Of a stretch of DNA of 64,000 bases, positions 48,495 through 57,657 are shown piece by piece. The DNA is from a virus (taxonomy: Duplodnaviria; Caudoviricetes), in the IMG/VR virus record IMGVR_UViG_3300027708_000013. One strand, given 5' to 3'. The notes under the pieces are model-generated. The model worked only from the letters and a program-made list of their open reading frames with translations. It was not told where the DNA came from and did no database searches. The number at the start of each line of letters is the position of its first letter. The first letter of the stretch is position 1. Made by a program: the position numbers and the translations under genes.

Positions 48495-49547
48495 TTATTT
48501 TTTGCCGATATATTCGTGACTGTAACAAATACGATAAGCATCTCTAACAGTGGTGGTACCACCATATCCCGGCATCTTACGTGCAGAGCCATCGGAATTG
48601 AGATAACTACCTGTCCTGCTTTTCTTGTTCATTGAAGTGGCTCGCCATAATGGTGACTTTTCTCTGTGTTCACCAAATGATGGGTGTGCAGTTTTAGAAA
48701 AGTATCGTAATCCACGACTGACATAGATTTCAGCAATGGCGTCCGAGAAGGCTGTGCCTATGCCCATGCCTTGGAACTCGGGCAAGATCACTGTCCTGTG
48801 ACCACGCCAGTAACTATGTATATCTCTATTGGTTGAATGTATCGCGGCATGAAACCCAATGGGCTTGTTGCCCAACAACAGTACATAGTAGTGAGCACTC
48901 TTTGAGATAGCAGTGTCTAGATAGTGATACTTACCAAAATATTGCCAATAGTCTCGACTTGTGCTTTGGATGGTAAGCGTAATCTTGGGTCTTGTTCCCA
49001 TTGGAAGAAGTGACCTCCGATTTTCTAAGACACAGAGATCTGTGTCATAAACGTAGTCGGGATCAAGCCATTCTACTATGTCTCTGTGGCATGACGCAAT
49101 GTAAAGTGCAGACTTTTCTGTTTGCCGGTCATAAAACTTACGCATACTCAATGCAAGACTTTTAGCAGTATCCCTGTCCACTACTGACGTAAACTCATCT
49201 ATTTTGTTGATGCCTTGGTCCAAGCACTGGGCCATTTCAAATCTGTGGCGCTCGCCATTGCTCAGTGTTGACACAGGGCGGAACCATGCTGGTATTGATC
49301 TTAATCCGCAGGCCAATAATAATTCTTCTCCACGCTCGGCTGTAGAGAAATTACTTATAACCCACGCTTCGTCGTCAATGTAAGGTTGTTTGAGTTCTCC
49401 AATGTTGCGTAGGATTGTGCTCTTACCCGAACCCGATGTGCCTACAATCAGCACAATACCTTCTTGTGGCAGATCAGGGATAGCGACCGCAGATTCTTGA
49501 TAATCTTTGATATCGTATTTTGTTTTAATGGTTTCTAAGTAGCTCAT
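48495..49547 (-). CDS. ABC-type ATPase fused to a GNAT acetyltransferase
   Basis: GTSGSGKS (Walker A), LSNGE (signature), IDEF (Walker B); C-terminal HRTVILPEFQGMGIG acetyl-CoA motif. Confidence 0.85.
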   Translation of the reverse strand: MSYLETIKTKYDIKDYQESAVAIPDLPQEGIVLIVGTSGSGKSTILRNIGELKQPYIDDEAWVISNFSTAERGEELLLACGLRSIPAWFRPVSTLSNGERHRFEMAQCLDQGINKIDEFTSVVDRDTAKSLALSMRKFYDRQTEKSALYIASCHRDIVEWLDPDYVYDTDLCVLENRRSLLPMGTRPKITLTIQSTSRDYWQYFGKYHYLDTAISKSAHYYVLLLGNKPIGFHAAIHSTNRDIHSYWRGHRTVILPEFQGMGIGTAFSDAIAEIYVSRGLRYFSKTAHPSFGEHREKSPLWRATSMNKKSRTGSYLNSDGSARKMPGYGGTTTVRDAYRICYSHEYIGKK

Positions 49548-49548
49548 A

Positions 49549-50106
49549 TTATATAATCAAATGTTTAAAATAATTGTAATGGTCTTCCAGGGTCCAAGCC
49601 AATGGATCAATAGCCGTTCCGTCGTGCGTCTGGTAGGTGGCCGAAAAAACATTTGAATACCGTACAAATGGCAACCAAATATTTGGAGTACGACTGGCCC
49701 ACCCGGTTTCCTTTAGTTCCTTGTGTTTAGCACGACTCAATTTAACCGTGGGCGAATTAAGTGCTTGCTTGATTGTGATGGTCTTGGATAATAATAAATC
49801 ACGAATGATTTTCTCCGGAATCAAATGCTCAAAATCGCATTTTTTGTCGGCTCCAATTTCATGATAGTGTGCTTGCATACCATCTCGTTGTTCGATGCAA
49901 TATCCATGATATCTGCGTAAATTGTCATCAATTTCATTGCGAATTTCTCGTAATTCTTGTTGATCGTTTTTCACAGCATGGTATTCATCAAGCAAGCGGC
50001 CAAGATTTCTAGTACAACGACGGGCCACTGTTTGATAAGTTTCAGGGGTACGTTTGGTTTTGCCATAATTGGGTACTATGAACTTTTCTAATGACTCCTT
50101 AAGCAT
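49549..50106 (-). CDS. Hypothetical protein, possible His-Me/HNH-like nuclease fold
   Basis: DFEHLIP motif; weak evidence. Confidence 0.4.
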   Translation of the reverse strand: MLKESLEKFIVPNYGKTKRTPETYQTVARRCTRNLGRLLDEYHAVKNDQQELREIRNEIDDNLRRYHGYCIEQRDGMQAHYHEIGADKKCDFEHLIPEKIIRDLLLSKTITIKQALNSPTVKLSRAKHKELKETGWASRTPNIWLPFVRYSNVFSATYQTHDGTAIDPLAWTLEDHYNYFKHLII

Positions 50107-50599
50107 TGGCCAATCCCCATAAATCTTCTCCGAACAGGCGTCTGATCAGAATTTGTTCTGGCTCGTCACCCCAATTATTTTTTACAATTTTATTGCACCA
50201 TGCTCGAGCATGGTCTTCGCTAGGCACCTTAAACGGGCATGATCCAAAAGAAGTTGCTATGTACGGTTTTTCAAGAACTATTTCTTTGATATGTAATTCA
50301 TCTTGTTTAATCTGATTTCTTATGTAGTCAAAAAGCATTTTTTCCTTAACTTGAAATAATTCTGTACGACAGTCGCCAACTAGACTTGTTCCTGAACAAT
50401 AATCAAAATTCTTTTTAACTCTTGATTCTAATTTTTCAATGTGGCTGGCTCGGCCAAAAAACAAATAATCAAGTCCAACAGTGTTCCAACAATTTCTTTG
50501 TCTCAATCGAACAGCCGACCAAGGAGTCAACGCCTTTCCTACTTTCCATACATCTGCTTGGCCGGTTAAATCTTTGTGTGCATATAAAAAATGGCTCAT
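50099..50599 (-). CDS. Possible GIY-YIG-like nuclease
   Basis: FLY..K....WKVGKA....R.RQ..and TELF pattern. Confidence 0.45.
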   Translation of the reverse strand: MSHFLYAHKDLTGQADVWKVGKALTPWSAVRLRQRNCWNTVGLDYLFFGRASHIEKLESRVKKNFDYCSGTSLVGDCRTELFQVKEKMLFDYIRNQIKQDELHIKEIVLEKPYIATSFGSCPFKVPSEDHARAWCNKIVKNNWGDEPEQILIRRLFGEDLWGLANA

Positions 50600-51654
50600 T
50601 GTGCTACCTCCTGTGGAAATAGACCTGGAGCAATATTGCCATCCTCTATACCAGTTTTACTTGCATTACCGTGAAATGGTAAATTTAGCGTTCCGCCGTT
50701 GCGTAAATGCAGTTCACGTAAAAAATTACTCATCGCCAACGGAGCATTCCAACCGGCACCTGGATGACTGTGTTCCCATTGTGTTTTGGCCTTTTTGTGC
50801 ACCAATGATGAACTTTTAAATGATCGTTTGGCTGTGGACAATACCTGAAGCATCCAATTGTCCGGAAGATCAAATTGAGTAGGGTTGGTACCAATCAATC
50901 TTTGCAGTTCTACTAGCCCGATATAACAACCCTGGTCAATTTCTTCCTGCATTAGAAATACTGTTTTGATAGCGTCCAGTACACGATTCAAAATTGTTCC
51001 GGATTCATCTAATTCAATACCTTTTTGTGCATATTTAAAATGACTAAAGAAGTGATCGTTGTCTCCACGCAAGGTATCGCTGTTGCGTGAATTCTTGTCT
51101 TGAAGGTCTATTCCCAGTTGATCAAATTGATCCTGCATGGTACGAGCACGAACATTTTTGATATCACGACTACCGTTTTTGTAGCGTACCAATGCGTTAC
51201 GATGTAAGTCGCCTGGGTTGAGACGTTTTACACCTGTGTCGTTTAGCATTTCGAAAGCATACGAGGCAAAGTTTGGATCGTCTGTTTCCACTACAGCACA
51301 GGGAATTTTTGTGTAGTCAAGGATTGCCGCGGCCAGTGCCCGGTGCTGAGCATCATACAAATAGATAGTACCGCCTTTAATACAACAAGCCGACCCAGGA
51401 CTGCATATTCTAGGATCCCATTTTTTCATGATATTGATCACGTGTTTGTGTAGTACGTCACGTTGGACCTCATAGTCGATCCAAAGATCTTCAATGTCAA
51501 TCATGGTGCTGTGTGGAAATGTATGTACTAATGCTTTTGCACGAGCTCGCCAAGCCTCAAGGTCTTTTTCGGAAACTTCGTAATGTGCTTTGAGCTGTGA
51601 TTCTACTTCTGCTACTACCTCCGTAAATTTACGGACTAGGCGTTTTGCGGCCAT
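50596..51654 (-). CDS. ParB/Srx-like (DGQHR-type) N-terminal domain protein
   Basis: IDIEDLWID.EVQR, YDAQHRALAA, IPC.VV..FEMLN. Confidence 0.7.
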   Translation of the reverse strand: MAAKRLVRKFTEVVAEVESQLKAHYEVSEKDLEAWRARAKALVHTFPHSTMIDIEDLWIDYEVQRDVLHKHVINIMKKWDPRICSPGSACCIKGGTIYLYDAQHRALAAAILDYTKIPCAVVETDDPNFASYAFEMLNDTGVKRLNPGDLHRNALVRYKNGSRDIKNVRARTMQDQFDQLGIDLQDKNSRNSDTLRGDNDHFFSHFKYAQKGIELDESGTILNRVLDAIKTVFLMQEEIDQGCYIGLVELQRLIGTNPTQFDLPDNWMLQVLSTAKRSFKSSSLVHKKAKTQWEHSHPGAGWNAPLAMSNFLRELHLRNGGTLNLPFHGNASKTGIEDGNIAPGLFPQEVAQ

Positions 51655-51733
51655 TTATTTCTCCTTTATTAAGCTTCGTTACCCGACACAATGCGGGATT
51701 AGTTTAGTAAACGATTTACTTTAACTATTTACA

Positions 51734-51762
51734 ACTATACACAACTTCAAATCTACTGTCAA
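51734..51762 (-). promoter_or_regulatory. sigma70-type promoter for the ParB cassette
   Basis: TTGACA-17 nt-TATAGT, followed by TAAATA (51726-51731) and two small hairpins in the leader. Confidence 0.75.
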
Positions 51763-51765
51763 CCT

Positions 51766-52317
51766 CTAAATTTCTAGTGTACTGCCTTTTGCCCGATTGT
51801 AGAAAATATGTACACCAATTTTCTTTGCACGTTGAGTAACATCGGCCCAGGCAGGATTTCGAATATAATCGGCATGATAAAATAAACTGCGTTCCAAGCC
51901 AGCGACACCTTCGCCCGCCAACACTGCTTGGGCAATCTCTTCACAACGATGGTATATACCTGGGTCGGGCTGTGGCAATCGTTTTAATAGTGTCCATGAA
52001 AATTGGCTGGGTGCATGCACCACACCACACACAGTTGTACCCCAGTATCCCGAACGTACACGATTCACAGTGACATGACCCACAGCATATCTACCTACAT
52101 CTTCTTGGTTACCGGCTTCGTAATAGATGTTTCGAGCCAAGCAATCCACGTCTCGAGCAGTGTAGTCGACACGATGACCCGTGTCAACAATACCTTCCAA
52201 TCTATTCAGGCGTTGTTCAATTTGTTGGGTTTGGGTTGATATATCACCAATGGTAAATGACAGTTTGATCAACAACAACACAGCAATGCCAGATAAAAAC
52301 AGTATGGAACGATTCAC
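51766..52317 (-). CDS. Cell wall hydrolase (SleB/Hydrolase_2 family)
   Basis: N-terminal TM segment; CLARNIYYEA, AVGHVTVNRV, QFSW, LFYHADY..P.W, IGVHIFY. Confidence 0.9.
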   Translation of the reverse strand: MNRSILFLSGIAVLLLIKLSFTIGDISTQTQQIEQRLNRLEGIVDTGHRVDYTARDVDCLARNIYYEAGNQEDVGRYAVGHVTVNRVRSGYWGTTVCGVVHAPSQFSWTLLKRLPQPDPGIYHRCEEIAQAVLAGEGVAGLERSLFYHADYIRNPAWADVTQRAKKIGVHIFYNRAKGSTLEI

Positions 52318-52394
52318 AAAGACCTCTACAAGTGGTTAGACAAGTAGTCATTGTACGATGTATTGGATTATCGTGTGTTGTTTTTACACAACGG

Positions 52395-52769
52395 CTACAG
52401 ATTTGATTGGAGATTGTTTAGATATGTAGCAAGATCGCCACCGTGTAACTGTAGCATCACAGCATCTGTTTCACTGTGGACATACAGTTGTTTGGTTGTG
52501 GTAAGGTAATAGGGTGCCTGAAAGATTCTTTCCAACTGCAACAGTTGCCGATAATGAATATCGGATGCCACAGCAACAGGGTGAAACGCAATATCAGTGT
52601 GCCGTTTAATCCAACGATAGCCCACAGTGGTTAATCTAAGACTGTGTGGGTTTAGTGGGTTCTTCCACCATTGATGTTCAACACCGGGCCAGGCAGAACC
52701 GGGCTCCACGTGATCAATTAAAAATTGAGTCCATGTGGCTTGTGAATTAAGGTCGGTAGACTGTGTCAC
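52395..52769 (-). CDS. Hypothetical protein
   Basis: 124 aa in the operon; SLRLT..G motif. Confidence 0.65.
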   Translation of the reverse strand: MTQSTDLNSQATWTQFLIDHVEPGSAWPGVEHQWWKNPLNPHSLRLTTVGYRWIKRHTDIAFHPVAVASDIHYRQLLQLERIFQAPYYLTTTKQLYVHSETDAVMLQLHGGDLATYLNNLQSNL

Positions 52770-53037
52770 CTTGCTTTAATAGCACAACAGTAAAGGCAGT
52801 GGTTTTAAAAAGAATGTTGAGTTTTTTGGCCAAGTTGATGGCATGACCTGAATTAGAGAATGAAACCTTCTTGTATTTTGGTCCAGGGTAATTTATCAGC
52901 ACGTTGAATGTTTTTAAATTGATAGGCTGGTTGTTGTAAAATATCGCCCAGATTCCTTCGCTGGCCAAAATTTGGTCACTTTTGTAGTTTGACTTGTTTA
53001 CATGTTCCAGCAGAACTGTTGGTTTTGGCCTACTCAT
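52747..53037 (-). CDS. Hypothetical protein
   Basis: MSRPKPTVLL..; GGAG RBS and TAAATA at 53068-53073. Confidence 0.75.
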   Translation of the reverse strand: MSRPKPTVLLEHVNKSNYKSDQILASEGIWAIFYNNQPINLKTFNVLINYPGPKYKKVSFSNSGHAINLAKKLNILFKTTAFTVVLLKQGDTVYRP

Positions 53038-53097
53038 TATCGATATCTCCCATACTTTTGATACAGTTATTTATCTCCTATAAGTGCGTATATTATA

Positions 53098-53313
53098 TTA
53101 AAATCCGCCGCCGTCCATGGTAATTTCCACAGCACCGGTGGTTACATCGGGTTGCTCACTGAGTTCAGCGATGTGTGACAGCAGTGCAAATATGTCCGCA
53201 TGCAGGTTACGTGCATCCTGAGCAGTCATGACCACGGTGGCACTTTGCGTTTGATTCATTACACGAATTCTGTCATTGAAGTTTCGTACATGTATGCTTA
53301 GTTTATGATCCAT
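53098..53313 (-). CDS. Hypothetical protein
   Basis: 71 aa, overlaps the upstream gene. Confidence 0.65.
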   Translation of the reverse strand: MDHKLSIHVRNFNDRIRVMNQTQSATVVMTAQDARNLHADIFALLSHIAELSEQPDVTTGAVEITMDGGGF

Positions 53314-53779
53314 TTGCTGTCCTTAGGTGTTGGTTGGCTGTTTCCTGTGTGTGAAATGGCCCTTGATATTCATAGCGATTTAAGGTAATGGCCTTGGGAC
53401 AATAGCCACGTGCCCAATGTGAATCAAACTTTACAATGTAGTAGCCAGCACAGAAAAAACTTTTGCTTTTGGCAGTTTTGGTGAAAATTGGCAACTGCCG
53501 TTGTACATCAAACAACACATTGTAAGGACGGTGTGGAGTGGGATAACCATAAATTTCGTAGGCTTTACCTTCTACAGCACGTGGTTTTTCCGGTTTAACA
53601 AATTCAATGTTGTATTTCTTGCTCAACAGTTTGATCGACGGGAATACTTCACGCTGGTCATTGCGAACATAGGCAACTCCTCCTTCGTCAATGGCCTGTA
53701 TGGTGGCAATCTTTTCTCCCGATGCTTCTACGATCCAAAATTTATTTTTTACTATTTGTTTTGCTATGGTTTCTGTCAT
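53303..53779 (-). CDS. Hypothetical protein
   Basis: Start moved to MTETIAK (53779), overlapping the upstream stop. Confidence 0.7.
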   Translation of the reverse strand: MTETIAKQIVKNKFWIVEASGEKIATIQAIDEGGVAYVRNDQREVFPSIKLLSKKYNIEFVKPEKPRAVEGKAYEIYGYPTPHRPYNVLFDVQRQLPIFTKTAKSKSFFCAGYYIVKFDSHWARGYCPKAITLNRYEYQGPFHTQETANQHLRTANGS

Positions 53780-54144
53780 GTTAGTGATCCTATTATTAGT
53801 ATGTAAGTCGCTGTGTGTAACAATTGGTCTAGACCCAACAACCACCAAAATTCTTCATGGGTAGTAGCAGTCCAACCGTAGTGCCGATTGATGTTGACCT
53901 TGGCCCAGTCAATGTGATAGTGTGCCACTGCATCTAATAAACCCATAAGAGAAGCAGTCATTTCATCATATCCAAACAATGCTAGGCATAGCATTGTAGC
54001 TGTGCCATGTAGGCCAGCATGTAGTACACCACCCGGGTGCCCATAGACACCTTTGTTTAGATATTGATAAGGCCTCTGTAGTAAAAAGTCCACAACAAAA
54101 TGCTTGACGAACAATACTAGAACCAGTGCAAGGGTAGTATTCAC
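53776..54144 (-). CDS. DUF3307-like membrane protein
   Basis: KHFVVDFLLQ, HAGLHG, HYHIDW, DQLLH. Confidence 0.75.
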   Translation of the reverse strand: MNTTLALVLVLFVKHFVVDFLLQRPYQYLNKGVYGHPGGVLHAGLHGTATMLCLALFGYDEMTASLMGLLDAVAHYHIDWAKVNINRHYGWTATTHEEFWWLLGLDQLLHTATYILIIGSLT

Positions 54145-54187
54145 GTTATTCTTTCAAACAGCTCATGGTGATTATTTTTTTGCCCAG

Positions 54188-54481
54188 TCATGACTTCAAC
54201 AACTCCATGCTGACAATGTGTCCAATGGCAGTGGTGATGTCTTCGCCCTCGGGAATAACATGTGTGACCAAGTTATCTTGATCTGTTTTACGATTGTAAG
54301 TGTGAATCTGCACAACAGTTCCGCCCTGTGCTGGCATAACCTTAAATGACAAACCTTCAACTTCAACGTGAGCATGATTTCTGCCCGCTTTTGTATTGTA
54401 TATATCTTCGCTCTCGTAGCCGCGGCCGCGGTTGTAATCCCAGCCCCACTTCATCATTGCCGACCAAACTTTTCTAATCAT
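54188..54481 (-). CDS. Hypothetical protein
   Basis: 97 aa, ATGA overlap with rnh. Confidence 0.65.
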   Translation of the reverse strand: MIRKVWSAMMKWGWDYNRGRGYESEDIYNTKAGRNHAHVEVEGLSFKVMPAQGGTVVQIHTYNRKTDQDNLVTHVIPEGEDITTAIGHIVSMELLKS

Positions 54482-55470
54482 TTGGGATAACTTCTTGACA
54501 AAAATTCCACGTAACTGGCGGCTTGATCGCTGATACGCTTTAAATCATATTTTCCACAAAACTTTAAAAACAGTGTGCCAATCTGACTCACTGCCTTGGG
54601 CACTGATCCGGCAACAACGGTTTCTGTTATTTTTGCTTTGACATCGTCGGGCTGTGCAGATAAATCCACCAGTGTAACATTGCGTTGATAATCGTCCAGC
54701 ACTCTGTGTTCTACACCGTTGTGGTCAGTCCAGCGACTCAGCATTAAATTATTCCACGCAAAGCCTTTTTTATCCCGGTCTTCGTAGGCTTCTTTAAGTC
54801 CAACTTTATTCTTACTGCCAGTCGTCCTGACTCCAGGGTACGCACTGAATACGTTGTCTGTGGGGTCGCCTCGCATAGCTTTTTCAAATAAGATCCAACT
54901 TGGATCAGGGATGGATCGGTTTTCCTTAGTCTTTTTATCTTTGACTGGGGCACCTTTTTTGTCAAAAATGCCCGTAATAGTGTGGAGCTCATCTGCTATC
55001 CCGTTGTATTGTTTTACGTTTTCACTTAGTAGTTGATAAAAGTCTGTGTCACTGCTGACTATGACATGCTCGTCTTCAGGATGTGTCTGTATCCATCCGG
55101 CAATTAAATCATCTGCTTCTAACTCAGCGTGTTGTAGCACTGTGCAATTGGTCTTTTCTGTTAAAAAAGTTTTAAGTTCATCAAAACTTTCCCAAAATAA
55201 TCGATCTTCTTCTGCCTCAGCCTCGGTCAAGGCCGCACGGGCCACCGCACGATTCTTTTTGTATGGCTCGTAAAAGTCCTTACGCCAACTTCTACCTTCC
55301 AAGCAGAACACCACATGATCGGCCCGTTGATCTCGAAAAGCCTTGTTTACACTGCCCAAGGTAACATGTATGGCAAAGCCCAATTTATCCCATGTATCTG
55401 TTTGTCTATGGGCCGAGTGTCTTGCACGAAAGAATGTGTTTGCAGTGTCAACTATTAGATATTTTGTCAT
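54478..55470 (-). CDS. rnh: T4-type RNase H / 5'-3' exonuclease
   Basis: IVDTAN, EGRSWRK, EADDLI, SSDTDFYQL, GDPTDNV. Confidence 0.9.
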   Translation of the reverse strand: MTKYLIVDTANTFFRARHSAHRQTDTWDKLGFAIHVTLGSVNKAFRDQRADHVVFCLEGRSWRKDFYEPYKKNRAVARAALTEAEAEEDRLFWESFDELKTFLTEKTNCTVLQHAELEADDLIAGWIQTHPEDEHVIVSSDTDFYQLLSENVKQYNGIADELHTITGIFDKKGAPVKDKKTKENRSIPDPSWILFEKAMRGDPTDNVFSAYPGVRTTGSKNKVGLKEAYEDRDKKGFAWNNLMLSRWTDHNGVEHRVLDDYQRNVTLVDLSAQPDDVKAKITETVVAGSVPKAVSQIGTLFLKFCGKYDLKRISDQAASYVEFLSRSYPK

Positions 55471-55476
55471 ACAGTA

Positions 55477-55505
55477 ATAATAGCATATAACTATTTAGCA
55501 GTCAA
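55477..55505 (-). promoter_or_regulatory. sigma70-type promoter (leaderless rnh) with nested TAAATA
   Basis: TTGACT(55505-55500)-17 nt-TATTAT(55482-55477), ATG 6 nt later; TAAATA at 55492-55497. Confidence 0.65.
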
Positions 55506-56189
55506 CAAGATTTCTGCTATTTCCTCGTTGGATTTGAATCCATAGTGCAATCCGTCTCGAGCAACATCGCACAACAGGTTCTGTTGGCTATATCTGCGGT
55601 TGAATTCGGCAATACTGAATTCCTTTACTTTGAATTTATAAATTTTGCTCAACAATGCAACTCTTGATTGATTTTGGTAAAATCTTTGAACAGCAACAGA
55701 GTCTTCCATATTCCATACATATTCTATTTTTGGATTCATTGGCATAATGTTCTGTATTTCGTTACCGTACAGTTCAAATCTGGCCATGTCTGGCCAAAGT
55801 ATGTAAATAGTTTGTATCTGATATAGTCCACATACATTGGTTAATATTCTTGCCACTGTGTCGGTACTGCCGCCGCTGTAACCCAAGTTTAACATAGGGT
55901 ACGGACGGTTCTTTTCGATCAGTGAGGGCCATGTACTGTCCTCTGGCATGCCCACTCCTTGAGTGAAACTGCACCCCAGGGCGATGTCTACTTTTTTGTT
56001 GTACATCTCCTCTAAATCATATGTTCTAAATCCCTGTGCATTGAATTGATACGCTATCTCAACTCCGCTCCACTTTTCCCGATCAGCGTTTTGTGACAAC
56101 GCTGTTTCAGTGTCACTACCATACCAATTCTGTGTGACATTTTTTACATTTGAATTCCACGGTATCTGTTGTGTTAGCCAATGATTCAT
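55491..56189 (-). CDS. SGNH/GDSL-like protein
   Basis: ALGCSFT, NLGYSGGS, DGLHYG. Confidence 0.55.
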   Translation of the reverse strand: MNHWLTQQIPWNSNVKNVTQNWYGSDTETALSQNADREKWSGVEIAYQFNAQGFRTYDLEEMYNKKVDIALGCSFTQGVGMPEDSTWPSLIEKNRPYPMLNLGYSGGSTDTVARILTNVCGLYQIQTIYILWPDMARFELYGNEIQNIMPMNPKIEYVWNMEDSVAVQRFYQNQSRVALLSKIYKFKVKEFSIAEFNRRYSQQNLLCDVARDGLHYGFKSNEEIAEILLTAK

Positions 56190-56190
56190 A

Positions 56191-56889
56191 TTATCTCGTT
56201 AAAAATTTCAACACCATTTGCTTGTATAAGAATTCCGCCCAGGCTTGGTGTGCTGCTGCACCAAAATGGTAACTGTCAGGAGCCACTGTAGCAAACCCAT
56301 GGTTTTTACACCAGTTGTAATACGTGAAGTCGGGATTGTAAGGTTCCAGGTAGCGACCATTCCAATCAAACTGCTCAACACCGGTCCAGGGTTCATAACT
56401 AGTGAAGAAAAAATGATTTATGCCCAATCTTTCCAACTCTTGATGAAAATTGTAAATGTACTGATGCGAACGATTCATGGTGGGTTGCCATTGGAATTCT
56501 GTCACCCATTTCCGATACTGTTCTTTTATCTGCTGGGGCCAATCTTCACCCGCCCCGCCAGCATTTATTTGCCACCATACATCATCATAAAACCACTCTT
56601 CACGTTCCCATGTGCTCCAGCCAATGATGACTAAATCGGGTCTGGGATTATTTTTTAGATATTGCCCAGTGGTTCTTATTATTCTACTGTTGCTGGCAGC
56701 ACTTTCGGCATCACAGTGCAACACGGCACCCAACTGATTGGCTATGTGACAACCGTAACTTGCCCGTTCATTGTCAGGATGAGGCCTACGAGCCAAGGCC
56801 CAGTATAGTGGGTCGTCATTGGCAAAACAATAACCGTTCACTGCTTCCGCTCCAGCACTATGACTGTCGCCGTTGACGTAAAGAATCAA
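56191..56889 (-). CDS. SGNH/GDSL-like protein
   Basis: VNGDSHS, ESAASN, SYHFG..AH. Confidence 0.55.
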   Translation of the reverse strand: MILYVNGDSHSAGAEAVNGYCFANDDPLYWALARRPHPDNERASYGCHIANQLGAVLHCDAESAASNSRIIRTTGQYLKNNPRPDLVIIGWSTWEREEWFYDDVWWQINAGGAGEDWPQQIKEQYRKWVTEFQWQPTMNRSHQYIYNFHQELERLGINHFFFTSYEPWTGVEQFDWNGRYLEPYNPDFTYYNWCKNHGFATVAPDSYHFGAAAHQAWAEFLYKQMVLKFLTR

Positions 56890-57363
56890 TTAACTGATCT
56901 CGGTTTTGCCGTCGCCTAGATCTCGACGATCCAGCACTCTTGGTCTAGCTTCATAAGGTTGATTGGCTTCCCACTGTTCGTAGTTTTCCTGCACCACATT
57001 GCGACACACATCCTGAAACCAACGATCCACAATAGCACTTTCATCTTCGCCCGGCTTGCTTTGATAACCTTGACGCACCAAGTTGACAATGAATTTTTCA
57101 TTCCAATCCAGTTCAAATGCACCGTTGCCAATGTTGTCTGGATCCAAGTCCACTTTGACCACACTGACCCAAGGCTCACCTTTGAGTGTAGCTGTGTCTT
57201 TGGGCGACATGTCACCCAATCGTGCCCACGTGTCCAATGCATCATCAGCATCTGCAGTTTTTTTTGTTGCGGCTTTTTGTCGCTTGGGCTTGGGTGCTGG
57301 TGGAGATGCCGGCTCGGGTGCGGTCTCTGGATTTGCTTTTTTAAATCGATCAAATATTCCCAT
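56890..57363 (-). CDS. Hypothetical protein
   Basis: 157 aa, AAGGA RBS; GEPWV..GAFELDWN motif. Confidence 0.75.
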   Translation of the reverse strand: MGIFDRFKKANPETAPEPASPPAPKPKRQKAATKKTADADDALDTWARLGDMSPKDTATLKGEPWVSVVKVDLDPDNIGNGAFELDWNEKFIVNLVRQGYQSKPGEDESAIVDRWFQDVCRNVVQENYEQWEANQPYEARPRVLDRRDLGDGKTEIS

Positions 57364-57366
57364 TTA

Positions 57367-57657
57367 TTATCCTTTCAATAACCATATTAAGTGTTCTACT
57401 GTGCTGTGATATCTAACAACGTGTACTGGTGGTCTCGGAATCGCAACAGCAGAAGTTGAATCACTGTGATTATTATAAGCACCGCGGTATGCTGTTTCCA
57501 ACCACATCAGCCGTCCACTTATGTCACAACGCTGAGGCCACCATAAAAACAGCAACCGCCATTCAATGTGTTCGCGGTACCATTCAGCTACCCAGTCTTC
57601 AGTCATTGATCTCCTGCCGGGTCCTAGTATTCCTGGCATGGGCATTACGTACCCCAC
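57367..57657 (-). CDS. Hypothetical protein (start uncertain, possibly 57606)
   Basis: Fills the gap between queE and 57363. Confidence 0.5.
   Translation of the reverse strand: MGYVMPMPGILGPGRRSMTEDWVAEWYREHIEWRLLFLWWPQRCDISGRLMWLETAYRGAYNNHSDSTSAVAIPRPPVHVVRYHSTVEHLIWLLKG

Noticed and set aside
50596-51654. Calling the ParB/DAQHR protein DpdB of a bacterial-type dpd system
   Set aside because: Only the short DxQHR motif is shared, it lies about 6 kb from queE, and no dpdA or dpdC was recognised; kept only as ParB-like.
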